Counted from the stretch's first letter, positions 35,900 to 50,283 are shown. The stretch is 64,000 bases of DNA from Octopus sinensis (GCF_006345805.1 NC_042998.1:136834001-136898000), one strand, 5' to 3'. The notes: generated from the sequence alone by a model not told the origin. Program-made: numbers and translations.

Positions 35900-38800
35900 C
35901 GAGACTGTGGCAAAGTCAACATGGCATGCCGAAAACATTTCTCTTCTAAATCTCAACGTTTGGCGGCAGATGCACAACCACGAAAAGAGGGGAGAGTAAT
36001 TCAGTTCAACAATAATCGCTCTAAAACATCTCAGCAAATACCTGCAAATGTAATTTACTTACCACATCAACAACAACTAACAAATATAACAAATATAACA
36101 AATGTTCAGAGAAAAATTAACAGGTCTATTGAAGGTCTGGCAAAGAATCTTACTGATGAACCTTTCCAGGAACATAATGTTCTTCATACAATGCCACAAC
36201 ATAACATAGAAAGTCTTTTTTCATCTGTTTGTCCGTACTGCAAAGCTTCATGAACCCAAAACTCTCTCTGCTGTTTCTAGGGAAAAGTGAAACACTCAAT
36301 TACCTCCTCCTCCATCAAATATGCTGAAATATTTCGGTATCACTCGAGCAGGAAATTCTTTTCTCAGTAATATACGTGCATATAATAATGTGCTTACCTT
36401 AGCTTCCCATGGTTGCAAAGAGATTAGAGCACCAGGATTTAGTGTCACATTTAAGATCCAAGGCATGGTTTATCATATTATCGGATTACTATTTCCAAGC
36501 GATGCTTCACTCAAGTTTGCACAGCTCTACTTCTATGGTACAGATAATGAGCTTCAGAATCGCTTGAGGCGCATTCTAATTTGGATGTTGTCATCTTTCA
36601 GAACCTGCAAGAAGATTTGCACTATTACAGCTCATACATAAGAAGCTTCAAAGCAGTCATTGAATTATCAAACCCCGAAAATGTGAATATTGTTTTACAT
36701 GCTGAAAAGAAGGTAAAACCCATTGATTTTCATGGTCGCACATACAGACTTCCCATGGCATACGAGATTGCTGTTATTGAACCTGATACAACATTAGGTC
36801 TCTTGGATATCATTATTCATAAAAGAGATGGTGGTCTTCAGAGGATTCATCGGTTGCACCGTTCTTATGCATTATGTGTTACTGTTTCATTGGAGGAATG
36901 ATGTTTCAGGTTGACAACAACCACACTCACCCATTTATTTCTACTGTTATCGATTATAGGTGAGACAAGGTGGCTCTAACATTATCATGAAGAGAAGGCG
37001 ACTCATGCAGCAATATGCTGTAGATGTCCAGGCAAAAATAGAACATTGTCGCCTTACTTGGGCTCAAAATAATCAAACCCTGATACAAGCTGAGAAGTAT
37101 AAAGGTTTTTATGATGTTGTGGCTGAAGGAGATTCAGCAAATGCAGGCCGGAAAATTGTTTTTCAACCTTCAATCTATGGTTCCCTTCGCTTCTATGATG
37201 AGTGCTTCCAAAACTCAATGACTGTAGTTTAATATATGGGAAAGCCATCTTATTTCATTACAGTGATAACCAATCCTAAATGGCATGAAATTATAAAAAT
37301 AGTCTGTACCCCGGTAAACTATGGACTGTCCTGATATATGTGCAAGAGTATTCAAGATCAAGTATGACAGCTTCATGGATGATATACTAAAACAAAATAT
37401 CTCATTCTGCCACAGTAGAGTGGCAGAAACGAGGCCTCGTTCATGCTCATATTCTGCTGTTAATGAGTGAAGATAGCAAGCCCAAGACTGCAAATGCTAT
37501 TATTTAGGTAGTTTACTGTGAAATTCCTTTTAAAGTGACTAATTCAATTCTTCATAAGATCATCACATCCTGCAACATTCATGGCCTATGTGGACAAGCT
37601 AGTATAATGTCTTCGTGTATGGAAGGGCTAGGACAACACCATTGCTTTAAAGGTTATCCTAAGGCATTCAGGCAAGCCACATTTGTTGCCAAAATTTCCT
37701 TTCCTGAATATAGGAGGAGGGATAGACAGTATGGGGTCATACCCATACAATCCAACTTGAGGTCAAGAATTCAACGTTGATAATCAGTGGATTGCTCCAT
37801 ACAACCCTTTCCTGTCATTGAGATATTAATGCCACATCAGTTGTCAAGGCTGTTAAGTATTTATAAAAATACACCCGGAAAGGATCAGACAAGATCATTT
37901 TCACTATTAAGGATGATCAAGATAACTGTGTCCATGCCAAAAATGAGATTGAAACATATATTATGCACGGTACATCTCAGCCAGTGAAGCATTCTGGGAA
38001 ACTTATAACTTTCCGTTTCATCATCGCAAATCTCCAGTTGAGAAGCTGCCTTGCCATTTACCTGGCAAACAAATGGTAGCATACCAGCAGGTACAAGAGG
38101 AAAGTGTTGTTTCTAGGGGACAGCCAGTGACTAAGCTGACTGAATATTTTCAGCTGAATATTAGAGGTCCACTGGCAAAAACAAAAACATTGTATATTAA
38201 TATACCAAAATCAACTTGCACTTTCACTTAGACAAACAAAAAGTAGCAAAGACGAAAAAAAGGGCATCTGGATGGTGATGAACAATTTATGGGTGAATCT
38301 CTTGGACGCATTCCAACAATATCTCTCAGTAGACATCAGTGTTTGACTTGTATTACCTAAGAATGATCTTACATCATAAGGCTGGGTCAACTTCATACAA
38401 AGATTTGAGGGCAATTGATGTAATTGATTTTCCAATATTCCAAGAGGCATGCGGGAAGCTTGGTCTGTTGGATGAAGATGGACATAAAGACAAAGCTATG
38501 GAAGAGGCCTCATCTATTACATTTGGACATCAGCTGAGAGAGATCTTCTCCACCATCTTATTGTACTGCATGACAAATGATCCTCTGCAATTATGGGAGA
38601 AATGGAAGAATTGTCTTGCTGAGGATATCATGCATGAACATCATGAGCAAATCATGTCAGAGTAAAGCGTGCAGACTGTTCTACAGAAGATCCACCAAAG
38701 ACTTCAACATGAGGGCTTGGGCATCCGTGTAAAATATGGACTTCCTCGACCAGACCCAACTATCGTTACCACACCAGCACTCAGTATGGTTCTTATGGGA

Positions 38801-40215
38801 GAAACAGATTTCAATACAGAACTGCAAGCAAACATAAATGAAGTTTTGCCAACATTGCATCCTGAGCAACTGGTTGTTTTCCACGAAGTCGTCACCTCAG
38901 TAAATGAAAATTAAGGTAAATTTTTTGTTTGAATGCAAGTGCAGGTACAGGAAAATCTTACATCGTCAACATCATACTGGATTACATTCGATCTCAAAAA
39001 CATATTGCACTTGCAACCGTCATATCTCGAATAGCAGCCACTTCACAGAGGTAGAACTCATAATTCCAAATGCAAGATTCCTATCAATGTAATTGCTGTA
39101 TCAACTTGCACCTTCACAAAGAAGGATGCCACAGGTGAACTAATGCAGCAAGCTGACTTGCAAATTATTGATGAGATAAGTATGGGGCATAAACATATCT
39201 TCGAATACCTTGACAGGAGCTTGCAAGATGTTCGAGATTGCAAAGAGACATTTGGTGGTCTAACAGTATTACTATCTGGTGACTGGAAGCAAATTCTTCC
39301 CGCTGTGCGTCATGGTGCTAGACCACAAATAGTTGAGGCAATTATCAAGACATCTTATCTATGGTACTACGTGGAAACCCTGGAGATGACAACCAACCAA
39401 TGTTTAAATAATGCACGGGAATAGGATGAAAGAGTTCTCAAACTACCTTCTTGATATTGGAAACGGTAACACTCTGACACTACCAACTTTAGGTGCGTTC
39501 ACAATTCCTCTGCCAAATGAACTTTGTCTGGAATATGGTGATATCTGAACTGAGCTTTTTTGTATATACAAATCTTCAAGGAAACTACTCAAACCCACTA
39601 TGGCTTGCAAATAGAACTGTTATCACTCGAACAAATGGTGAATTAATTCATGTCCAACAAGTCCCCTTGTCATGAAAGAGTCTATAATACCTCTGACACA
39701 GTAGATAATGAACTGCAATATCTACTCGAGTTCATCAACAAACTTACACCATCAGGCTTCCCAACACACATTCTTAAACTGAAGAAAGGCATTTGCATCA
39801 TGCTTCTGGGAAATCTGGACCCTTTAAACGGTCATTCCAATGGTACGCGCTATATCATCATCAACTTACATAATCATGTGATTGAAGCTGAAGTAGCTTT
39901 GGGGCCCAATGCTGGAACCGGCTGCTTATCCCACGGTTACCTCAAATATCTCAAAGAGCTTGATTTCTCTTTCGCCTTTATGCGCGAGCAATTTCCTGCC
40001 AAACCTGCCTTTGCCCTTACATGCAACAAAGCACCAGGTCAGACACTTGAAAAGATAAGTGTATATCTACCAACACAATTCTTCGCACATGGTCAGATGT
40101 ATTTTGCATTATCAAGAGCGTAAAGAAAAGAAAATATAAAAATATTAACCCGGATAAATGAAAAGGGTCCATTTGCTGGCGATTGTATCTACAAAGAAAT
40201 TCTACAGTGATGTGA
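35900..40215 (+). mobile_element. decayed autonomous Helitron (Rep-helicase pseudogene)
   Basis: Rep motifs YFITVITNPKW (~37251), VEWQKRGLVHAHIL (~37415), VKYL*KYTRKG (~37852). Helicase motifs IIDEISM, GDWKQILP, NGTR, TCNKAPGQTL, HGQMYFALSR. Many stops and frameshifts. Confidence 0.9.
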
Positions 40216-40509
40216 AACATTCATTACTCTCTTTTAATTGAAATATATTTAAGTTTATTCTTAATTTCTAGGAAAGGGACACTAGAGACACTTAAGGAGT
40301 CTATAAGTGAATATAATAAAACAACATTATAGCAAAACTCAACTCTTCATACTGGTAAATGTAATTCATTAATTTCAACCAGAGCATCTATTTTCAAATT
40401 CACTGAAGTGAATATTCATTATCGTTTTTTTAAAAATGTGTCGTGGATTATTTTACTGATTACAGAATAAACTATTACAGAGTCTTTGTTCAATTCATGT
40501 GCATATTGT

Positions 40510-42455
40510 CAATTTATCTCTCTCTATATAAAATTGAGAACTGTTAGAAGATGGTGCACAATGGGATGCAACTTTAGGAGAGGCTGCTTTATCACAATCA
40601 CCTAAAAGTCTCAGGGCACTATTTGCAGTATTACTACAGGCATGCGAACTGTGTGATCCGGCCACTCTATGGCTCAAATAAAGAGACAACCTGGCTGAAG
40701 ACTTTCAGCGCCAAGCTCAACTGCTCTATCCTGGCATGGAGGGTATCAGCAATGAAATCTATAACTAAACACTCATTGACATTGAAGACAGAATTGCTAA
40801 ACTGGGTGGAAATGAATTGTCGACGTATGGCCTGCCACAAGCATTCAGCTCAGGGTCAAATAGCCTTCCCATTGCTGTCATTCGTGAAACAGCCTACGAC
40901 ACTCAAGCGCTTTCAAAGTACATTGTTGAAAATGAACCTAAATTACTTCCGGACCAGCTGCAGGCCTACAGAACTATTCTTAACAGTATACGCCAACGCG
41001 AGGGACGAATCTTCCCCCTCGATGCTCCTGGAGGGACAGGAAAAACATTTATTACAAAGCTTCTCCTTGCAGAAGTTACGCAGTATCAGGACATTGCAGT
41101 AGCTGTAGCCTACTCTGGCATTGCAGCTACTTTGTTACCCGGTGGCAGGACAGGACACTCAACTTTTAAACTCCCTCTCAATTTAGCAGCATCCGAAATG
41201 CCTTCATGCAACATCAACAAAAGCTCAGATCAAGGACAAGTACTTAAAATGTGTCATCTAATTGTCTGGGATGAGTGCACTATGGCTCACAAGGGAGATT
41301 TGGAAGCATTAGATAGAGCCCTGAAAGACATCCGAGACTGTCAGGCTCCAATGGGAGGTGTAACGCTTCTGTTGTCAGGTGATTTCAGGCAAACTCTTCC
41401 TGTCATTCCGAAAGGCACTAGAACAGATGAAGTCCAAGCATACCTAAAGTCCTCTAGCCTGTGGCATCATGTTACAATCCTCAGTCTCACCACTAACATG
41501 AGAGCTCAGCTACACGGCGACAAAATGTCCACAAAGTTTGCACAGGACATTTTGACACTTGCTGAAGGCAAGATGCCTCTCGATGTTGCAGGACAAATGG
41601 AAGTGTGGTCATTTTCCTCTGTTGTTAATTCTGTAGATGACCTCAAAAACAAAGTCTTTCCCAACTTCACACAAAACTACCAAAATCACAATTGGCTGTG
41701 TGAAAGAGCAATATTAGCTCCAAAAAACGTCGATGTTAACAAAATTAATCAACAGCTAATGCATTCTCTTCCCGGCACTATACACACTTACAAGTCTGTT
41801 GATACAATTCCTGATATAAATGAAGTTGTGAACTATCCTCCTGAATTTTTCAATTCACTGGAGTCTCCTGGACTACCTCCACACATATTAGCACTTAAAG
41901 TTGGAACTCCTGTAATGCTACTCCGCAATCTGGAACCACCAAGACTTTGCAATGGAACACGACTGGTGAAAAAGAAAATGATGTCACACGTTATCGAGGC
42001 GATCATTCTTTCTGGATGTGGAAAAGGTGATGACGTCTTTATTCCAAGATTTCCCCTTACTCCATCAGGAGCAGAAATTCCATTTACATTCAGAAGACTG
42101 CAATTCCCCCTTCGTGTCAGCTTTGCCATGTCCATTAATAAATCTCAGGGTCAAACCCTCTCTGTAGCTGGTCTTCTCTTGGAAGAGCCCTGCTTCTCGC
42201 ATGGGCAACTGTATGTTGGCTGCTCAAGAGTAGGAAAAACAAGAAACATTGTTTACAACGAGGTGTTATAATCTCAACAGCCAGGAGGTATATACATGAT
42301 CCCCTTTTTTTAACAAACATCATGTACTTTCATGTTTTTATATTAATATACATATATATATGTGTGTGTGTGTGTGTGTGTATCCATATATATATAACAG
42401 AAAAGTCTAATTCTTCAATTGAATGTAACCGGGCAACGCCGTGTATCTCTGCTAG
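40510..42455 (+). mobile_element. second Helitron, 3' part with terminus
   Basis: Begins at LLEDGAQWDATLGEAAL; ends with imperfect hairpin ccgggcaacgccgtg and CTAG|T at 42452-42456. Confidence 0.85.
40817..42271 (+). CDS. Helitron Pif1-family (SF1B) helicase domain, open 484 codons, 5'-truncated
   Basis: Walker A DAPGGTGKT, IVWDECTM, GDFRQTLPV, LCNGTRL, FAMSINKSQGQTL, HGQLYVGCSRV; non-ATG start with upstream frame disrupted. Confidence 0.8.
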   Translation: MSTYGLPQAFSSGSNSLPIAVIRETAYDTQALSKYIVENEPKLLPDQLQAYRTILNSIRQREGRIFPLDAPGGTGKTFITKLLLAEVTQYQDIAVAVAYSGIAATLLPGGRTGHSTFKLPLNLAASEMPSCNINKSSDQGQVLKMCHLIVWDECTMAHKGDLEALDRALKDIRDCQAPMGGVTLLLSGDFRQTLPVIPKGTRTDEVQAYLKSSSLWHHVTILSLTTNMRAQLHGDKMSTKFAQDILTLAEGKMPLDVAGQMEVWSFSSVVNSVDDLKNKVFPNFTQNYQNHNWLCERAILAPKNVDVNKINQQLMHSLPGTIHTYKSVDTIPDINEVVNYPPEFFNSLESPGLPPHILALKVGTPVMLLRNLEPPRLCNGTRLVKKKMMSHVIEAIILSGCGKGDDVFIPRFPLTPSGAEIPFTFRRLQFPLRVSFAMSINKSQGQTLSVAGLLLEEPCFSHGQLYVGCSRVGKTRNIVYNEVL

Positions 42456-43649
42456 TAATTTATATGTATCACATTTATATGTATATATAATATCAATATG
42501 CACAATACTTATGCTGGCAGAAAACCGCCCTCCAGTTTAATTGATGAATTTTTCAGCCATAAATGTGTAATTCTAGTTTACCAATTTATGTCTTCTTGCA
42601 ATATATGGCGTGAATAACCTTTATGATTTTCGTTGATATTAAAAAAAAGAAAAATGGTGAAATATCATCGCGGATTTGGAATTGAAACACTGAAACATGA
42701 AAGCAACCCAAGAATTGTTAAGTATAAAATGAAGAAATTTATCTGGTTTGGACAACTTAGAATTCGCCATACTTATATTAATGTCAAAAGCTAAATTCTT
42801 TATAAATTTGCCGCGTGAACGTGACAAAGTTATAGATTATCGAAGTTAATACATTTTATAGCATAACAAAGAAAACAAAATAGAAGTTTAAATCTATTTT
42901 AGTTTATTTTCTATATTTTTAGAAATCAATAGTCGCATCATATTTGCAATTTGATTTTACAAGAATGATAGTTTACAATATTTTCGAGTAAATGTAATTT
43001 TACAGAAATAAATGCAATTTATAGAGATGAAGTGAGCGCACATGATAAAAATATGAGAAAAAATAGCATCGTTTGAAAATTTAAGAGTCAGCAAATAAAG
43101 GCAAAAGTATTTTGGTGTATGTTCAATATAGATAACGTATACTTTATATATTGGGTAGCTTTTAGCCTCTTGTCTATAAAAGTGGAAAAAAAATCAATAA
43201 ATATCGTACTAAACTGTAAAACTAATGTTTTCGGGTGTACCAATTTCCCCAAATCAAAAAAAATGATTATATCGAATAAAATATAGTACATATGCAACTG
43301 TTGGCTTCCGGTTAATATTAAAATGCTAGTTTGGGTTGACTCGAATGATCTGAAATAATCATTTATTCTCAAGATCCACAAAACTGGTATGCTATTAAAG
43401 ATTATGTATATATTCTTTCTAAGATATATAGGGATACAGCTTTCACTCTAATGCAGATCTCTTATTAATAAATAAGGCAAACTTTTTCTGAGGTATGGTG
43501 AAATAAACTGTGGTATTTTAGCTTCTCAATAGACGAACTAAATTACACTGTGTCCCAACAGAATTAAGGGGTCATATAGAAGTGCATTTAAGTGTATACA
43601 CGAATAAGGTAGAACAAACGGTTGAATGCTGAACTAAAATCTTTTTATC

Positions 43650-43990
43650 TTTTATTCTTTTCACTTGTTTCTGTTGTTAGACTGCAGTCATGCTGGGACA
43701 CCACCTTCAAGGATTTGAGATGAATGAATCAACCCTAGTAGTTATTTTTCTAAACCTTCTACTTTTGCTAAATGTCTCTTTTGCTGAACACTAAGTTACG
43801 GGCCATAAACAAACCAACACCAGTTGTCAAGTGGTGTGGAGGACAAAGCTACACACACACACACTTATATATATGTATCCGACGAACTTATTTCAGTTCC
43901 CATCTACCAAATCCACTCATAAGGCTTTGGCTGGCTCAGGGTTATAGGAGAAAATAGTTACCCAAGGTGCCACGCAGCAGGATTAGTCCC
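43650..43990 (-). mobile_element. SINE family A (degenerate)
   Basis: Reverse-complement homology (ctaccaaatccactcataaggctttgg; cccaaggtgccacgcag). Confidence 0.75.
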
Positions 43991-44159
43991 AGAATCGGGA
44001 AAATATTTGACAACATTTAGTTTCGTCTCCCTGAATTCAGATTTTATTAGGACGACTTATCCATTCCATTTTAGGCATACACTGAAATCGAATCCATCCA
44101 AGTATACCCCTCGTTCAAATTTGTAGTCTTACGCCCATGTATGAAATCACTGGATATAT

Positions 44160-44388
44160 GTTTCTTTATTGCCCACAAGGGCTAACACAGAGGGAACAAA
44201 CAAGGACAGACAAACGAATTAAGTCGATTACATCGACCCCAGTGCGTAACTGGTACTTTATTTATCGACCCCGAAAGGATGAAAGGCAAAGTCGACCTCG
44301 GCGGAATTTGAGCTCAGAACGTAACGGCAGACGAAATACGGCTACGCATTTTGCCCGGTGTACTAACGGTTCTGCCAGCTCGCCGCCT
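44160..44388 (-). mobile_element. SINE family B
   Basis: Closely similar to 6350-6586. Confidence 0.85.
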
Positions 44389-44718
44389 AAATCAATGGAT
44401 ATATTAAAGGATTTAATTATTTGCTTCGCCTCATTTTGTCGTTAATTTAAGTCCAACAAAGTTAAAAATAATACTAATGTACTGGGTCAGTCCATTCAAC
44501 TATCACTCCTTAGCCCTAGCTGATTTGAACTTGTCTGATTTGTTTATTAGTTATGCAAAATATTCTAATGAAATTAAACCTACAGGAAATACAGTTGTGC
44601 TGAATGGTTACATTTTTTATTCTCATTTTCAAGAAACAAGTTCGATATTTTCAGATTATTCTTTATTTATTGTCTGCCAACAATACATTGTATAAAACAT
44701 TATTTAAATGGTCAACTT

Positions 44719-45093
44719 ATGCATCTTAAAGGTACGCTGGAAAAACCGTTTGAATGTATCATTTGCGGGATGGAATTTTGGCGGCAATATCATCTGGAAC
44801 GTCATCGTTTAAACCACTATGGAAAGAAACCATTTAAATGTGACTGGTGCGGTCACCATTTTTCCCGGAAGGACCACTTATTAAGACATACCAGGAGTCA
44901 CACAGGTGTTCGACCTTACCAGTGCAATATTTGTATGGCTTTGTTTACCCGGAGTGACCATATGGGAAGACACCGATTAATCCACATAAAGAGCAAATAT
45001 TCTTGTTTTATATGTAAGAAAACATTTTTGAAAAAAGAGCGTTTAATTAAGCATATGTTGAAGCATGTAAAAGCTCATCATTTGACATTTTGA
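44719..45093 (+). CDS. C2H2 (Kruppel-like) zinc-finger protein, 4 fingers; single or terminal exon
   Basis: Four CxxC-x12-HxxxH fingers with HYGKKPF and HTGVRPY linkers; AATAAA at 45188-45193; start codon uncertain. Confidence 0.85.
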   Translation: MHLKGTLEKPFECIICGMEFWRQYHLERHRLNHYGKKPFKCDWCGHHFSRKDHLLRHTRSHTGVRPYQCNICMALFTRSDHMGRHRLIHIKSKYSCFICKKTFLKKERLIKHMLKHVKAHHLTF

Positions 45094-46727
45094 CTACATT
45101 GAATTTGTTTTCTATATACTTATGAATTCAAACATGCACAACTTACTTTTTCCTTAAAGAAAAAAGGCGTTTTTTTTTTTTACGATAAATAAAATTTGAA
45201 CTTGTGTCGTTCGTGCATTTCTTAAAAGTATTATTACTGAAATTACTTCCGCTATATTGAATATACACTGTCTAAAATGTAAAAATCTAACACCATTATT
45301 TACCCTCTATTTTCAAGCATATTATTGTAAACTGGAGGTTGACTGAGAATCTAACTATAATTCGTGTCACCAGATTGTGTCTGTGTGTGTGTTAGATGAC
45401 TTTATGTGATCAAATGCTAGGAAAAATATCAAATTTACGTAATTCAGTATAAGAAAATATGCTTCAATATAATTTTAAGCATAAAGGCAACTAAAAAGAA
45501 CATGCTTGTTGGATAACCGAGTGACTGTGGCTTTTGAATATATTCGAACCCTATTATAATATGCAAAGAAAAAACTCGATGGTACTGGTGCACAAGTATA
45601 TAGACAATTTTTTTGCGAGGTTTTTCTCTTTATCCTCTGATATATAACATCACGCATTTTCTTCACTGTTATTGTTAAACGGCTGAACGTTCGAATCCCA
45701 TATGATCCTTAGTACTATATTCTTTCATATCGAAACACATTTCCAAAGTTTTTGTTCTGTTTGTTTCCATTATTTCATATTTATAAAACTTAGAGCGTCG
45801 TGAAAGATGCTTTGCTCTTTATAGTCTGAGTTCGGATCGCAGAGCTCAGCATTTCCTTTCATCAAGTGCAGCTGTCGTCAGCATCTCTCCTCAAAATTAC
45901 TGGTTTTCTACTAAAATTAGAAACCCATCCCTGATGTATTTTTTCTTGTCTGAAAGTATTCTTGCAACTGTCTATTTAATAATTGACGTAAAATAGACGT
46001 CAAGAACATTTGGTTCCATAATATAAGCCGAATATGATAATGATAAATTATCTCTGTGATATAATCATGAGAGGCATTACTTTCCAGACATCCTTCAGTA
46101 AAGGTGATATAACAATGAAAATTTGGTCATTATATCTCTTGACTTATAATTTTGAAATTTTTTTTTCTATAAATAATCTTGATTTATTTTAACATTAAAT
46201 ATCTAAATTAAATGTTGCTTCCTGACATAAAGAACAAAGCCATACTTAAGAAGGAAAGCCTATTTGATCGAGTCTGTATTTCACCTGTACATATTTTATC
46301 AACCATATAGGATGAAGTGTAAAGCTGACGGCGAAGGAATTGCTACAAACGAATTTAAATCCCGCAAGGAATACTTCACAAATTTCTAACCAATACTGCC
46401 GTCTATTAAATTAAATATTCATATTTTAATTGTTATAAGTAACACCAAACAAATGTCTAGTGCAAAATGTGATCTGAAGTTGGTGTTACCTGCTGCAACA
46501 AAAGGACCGCATACTCTTTACTCGTTGACTTGGATTACGGCCGTGCTGGGTATCACCTTCAGGGATTTAGTCAAAGAAATGCATTTCAGTACTCTTAGGT
46601 TTTGTTATTATTCTATCGATATATTTTGCAGAACTGTTAAGTTACTGCGCTTGTGAAGCACTGTAGGGAAAACTCAAGACACACACACACGCACACACGG
46701 CGGCCGCAGTCAAAGGACGTTTTTTAC

Positions 46728-47086
46728 TTGATTCAGTCATTTGCCTGCGGCCATGCTGGAGCACCAATTTTAGTAAACACATTCACCCCAGGACTTATTC
46801 CTTGTAAGCCTAGTAGTTATTATATCGGTCTGTTTTGCTGAGTCAATAAGTTACAGGGATGTAAACACACTATCATCGGTTGTCAAACACAAAAACACAA
46901 ATACACAAAAACACAAATACTCGCACACATATATACGAAGGGCTTCTTTCAGTTTCCGTCTAACAAATCCAATCACAAGGCTTTGATCGGCTCGAGGCTA
47001 TAGTAGAAGACACCCAAGGTGCCACGCAGTGGAACTGAACCCGGAACCATGTGGTTGGGAAGCATGCTTCTTACCAGACAGCCACA
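46728..47086 (-). mobile_element. SINE family A
   Basis: Reverse complement of head (gtggctgtctggtaagaagc..gggttcagttccactgcgtggcacc) and tail. Confidence 0.85.
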
Positions 47087-47096
47087 CTTGTGCCTG

Positions 47097-47186
<90 letters not shown>

Positions 47187-47514
47187 TGTGTGAATGCATA
47201 TATATATTGTGTGTATATACGTATATGTATGTACATGTATATGTATATATACCAGGACAGTCAAACGATACAAGGAAGGACAGGAAAAAAATGGACGGGT
47301 CATTCGGAGCTTTCCATCGTCAGTCGAGTTCCAGATCATCCCTGCAGTTTCGGTCAGTTACACTTGAAACTGCTCCAATCTCGAAACTAAAATACGAGCA
47401 CTAGTTTCTTTGGAAGAAAGCAAGCGAATGTAAACGAAAACAATGACGGAAAACACGGAAAAGTGTTACACAATTAAAAATACAAGCAAGACAATAACAA
47501 CAGGTGTCTTGCGA

Positions 47515-48126
47515 CCTTAACACACCTGGCTAATATGAGCATAATGAGATACTCCTATCTACATGGCTGAAACAGCTGTAGGATCTAGTTCATATTTATA
47601 TTTATATTTATTTATATTTATTTATACGTATTGTACTTATGGTATCATATTACTCATTGATGTGTACTGTTTTGTTCTGTATTATTGTGTTTGATTTTGA
47701 TGTTTCTATGTAGTTGGTTAATAAATTATGTGAATGGGTATTATCTGGTAGTTGATGATTGATTAAAGTGTATTCCTCCATTTTCTTATTTTGTATATAT
47801 ATATTTTCTGTGCTTATGTTTATCTATGTGTGCATGTGTATGCGCGCATATACATGTGTATGTATGTAAGTGTATCTTAACTAAACAACCGTAACTAAGA
47901 CAATTAAAATTCAAATGTGCCAACCAATCGTATTGAGCTTTAAATCTTTAATTATTTGAAAACCTGCTAATAAATATCAATCACCGTCCCAACTCTGATT
48001 TGTATGTGCGTGTACATATGGATGTGTATTCATATTTTCTTATGGAGTATATTTGTATGTAGGAGGATATATACGTATGTCTATTCTTTTAGGATACATT
48101 TAGGTACGTCAGTGTATGTATACCTG

Positions 48127-48157
<31 letters not shown>

Positions 48158-49114
48158 TTTAGATTTATTGGTGTATATCTGTTACTTATATGTATGTTTA
48201 TGTGTAAGTATTTGGGTATAAAAGTACATATGTATGAGTCTTTGTACAAATGTTATTGTCGGTGTATACTAAAAATAAAAATAAGCATGTATACACCGAG
48301 TGTTTTGGTTTTTTTACGGTATAATCGGTGTAATTTTTAATTATGTATCTTCCGCAAATAACGCACTTTTTGTTTACCCTAGTTATTGTAAATGTGTATG
48401 TTGAGTTTATATCCCTCTTGTAAACTCTATCTGAATATTTTCCGAACTTTGCCTAATATTAATCCTTACGTTTTCTACCCTTTTAGGCCCCTCTTTTTTG
48501 TACATTACGTATTACCCTTCTAACCCTTTTCGATATATTAACAATTAGTATTATCTTAATTTAATGATTCTTAATGTTATTTTAGTTAACAGTATGTATG
48601 TGTATGTATATATATACATATATGTGTGCGTGGTTGCTTTTGGGTATATGTATTTGTTTATATATATGTATATATAGATATATATACGTATCTAGTTAAG
48701 TATGTACGCATGTCTGTGTGTGTGTAAGCTTGTATTTTCTGTGCTTAGGTTTATCTATGCGCGCATATACATGTGTATGTATGTAAGTGTATCTTAACTA
48801 AACAACCGTAACTAAGACAATTGAAATTCAAATGTGCCAGCCAATCGTATTGAACTTTAAATCTTGAATTATTTGAAAACCTGCTAATAAATATCAATCA
48901 CCGTCCCAACTCTGATTTGTATGTATGTATACGCATGTATACTTCTGGTTTTTTCTATGATGTAAAGGAATATTTTTCATTATATATGTGTTTGTTGAGC
49001 TATAATGCATTGTATTGTATTATATTATTATGTTATTATATTATTATATTATGCTGCTGCTGTATTCTATGTGATATTCTCCATCTAATATGTATTGTGG
49101 ATGGCGGAATGCAC

Positions 49115-49184
<70 letters not shown>

Positions 49185-49200
49185 TAATAATAATAATAAC

Positions 49201-49234
<34 letters not shown>

Positions 49235-49420
49235 GCCTTTTATAACTTCATACAATGAACTCTGGACTTTGTATATGTACACTTTCATGTGGATGTGTGG
49301 ATGTATGTATATTATATTGATTTGACTAAATGTAACCTTATATGTATGTATATTATTATGTATATACTTATATATATGTAGGTGCATGTATATATACACT
49401 TATATGTATGTGTATATTAT

Positions 49421-49492
<72 letters not shown>

Positions 49493-49900
49493 ACTTATTC
49501 TTGTATATGTGTACCTTCTCTTATATTCATATTTGAATTGTACTTTATAATCTCCGAAGAGGCCTTGGGATATATATGTAAGTATCTCATTTATGACCAC
49601 ATATTACCTTAACACACCTGGCTAATATGAGCATAATGAGATACTCCTATCTACATGGCTGAAACAGCTGTAAAATCTAGTTTATATTTATATTTGTATT
49701 TATTTATATTTATATTTATTTATACGTATTGTACTTATGGTATCATATTACTCATTGATGTGTACTGCTTTGTTCTGTATTATTGTGTTTGATCTTGATA
49801 TTCCTATGTAGTTGGTTAATAAATTATGTGAATGGGTATTATCTGGTAGTTGATGATTGAGTAAAGTGTGTTCCTCCATTTTCTTATTTTGTATTTTGAA
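47515..49900. repeat. rearranged local duplication with a degenerate hammerhead
   Basis: 47515-47795 matches 49609-49895 and 47805-48005 matches 48735-48925. CCGAAGA-GGCC...GGCU-GAAA-CAGCUG-UA at 49554-49672. Confidence 0.7.
49115..49233. repeat. (AAT)n microsatellite
   Basis: Directly visible. Confidence 0.97.
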
Positions 49901-50059
49901 TTTGAGGTAAAACATTTTACCTTCGCCAATATGATACAATAAATGAATTAATTACATTGCAATTCTTAGCATTTATGTATTAACTTTATTGGGTGCTTTA
50001 CTGGCAGTATATTGGATATATGTTATACCATAGAGGGTTACACTCACAACCCCTATCTC

Positions 50060-50152
<93 letters not shown>

Positions 50153-50224
50153 GTATACGTATATGTGCATATATGTATATGTCTATGAAGATATGTATAT
50201 ATATGTATATATATATAGATGTAC

Positions 50225-50283
<59 letters not shown>

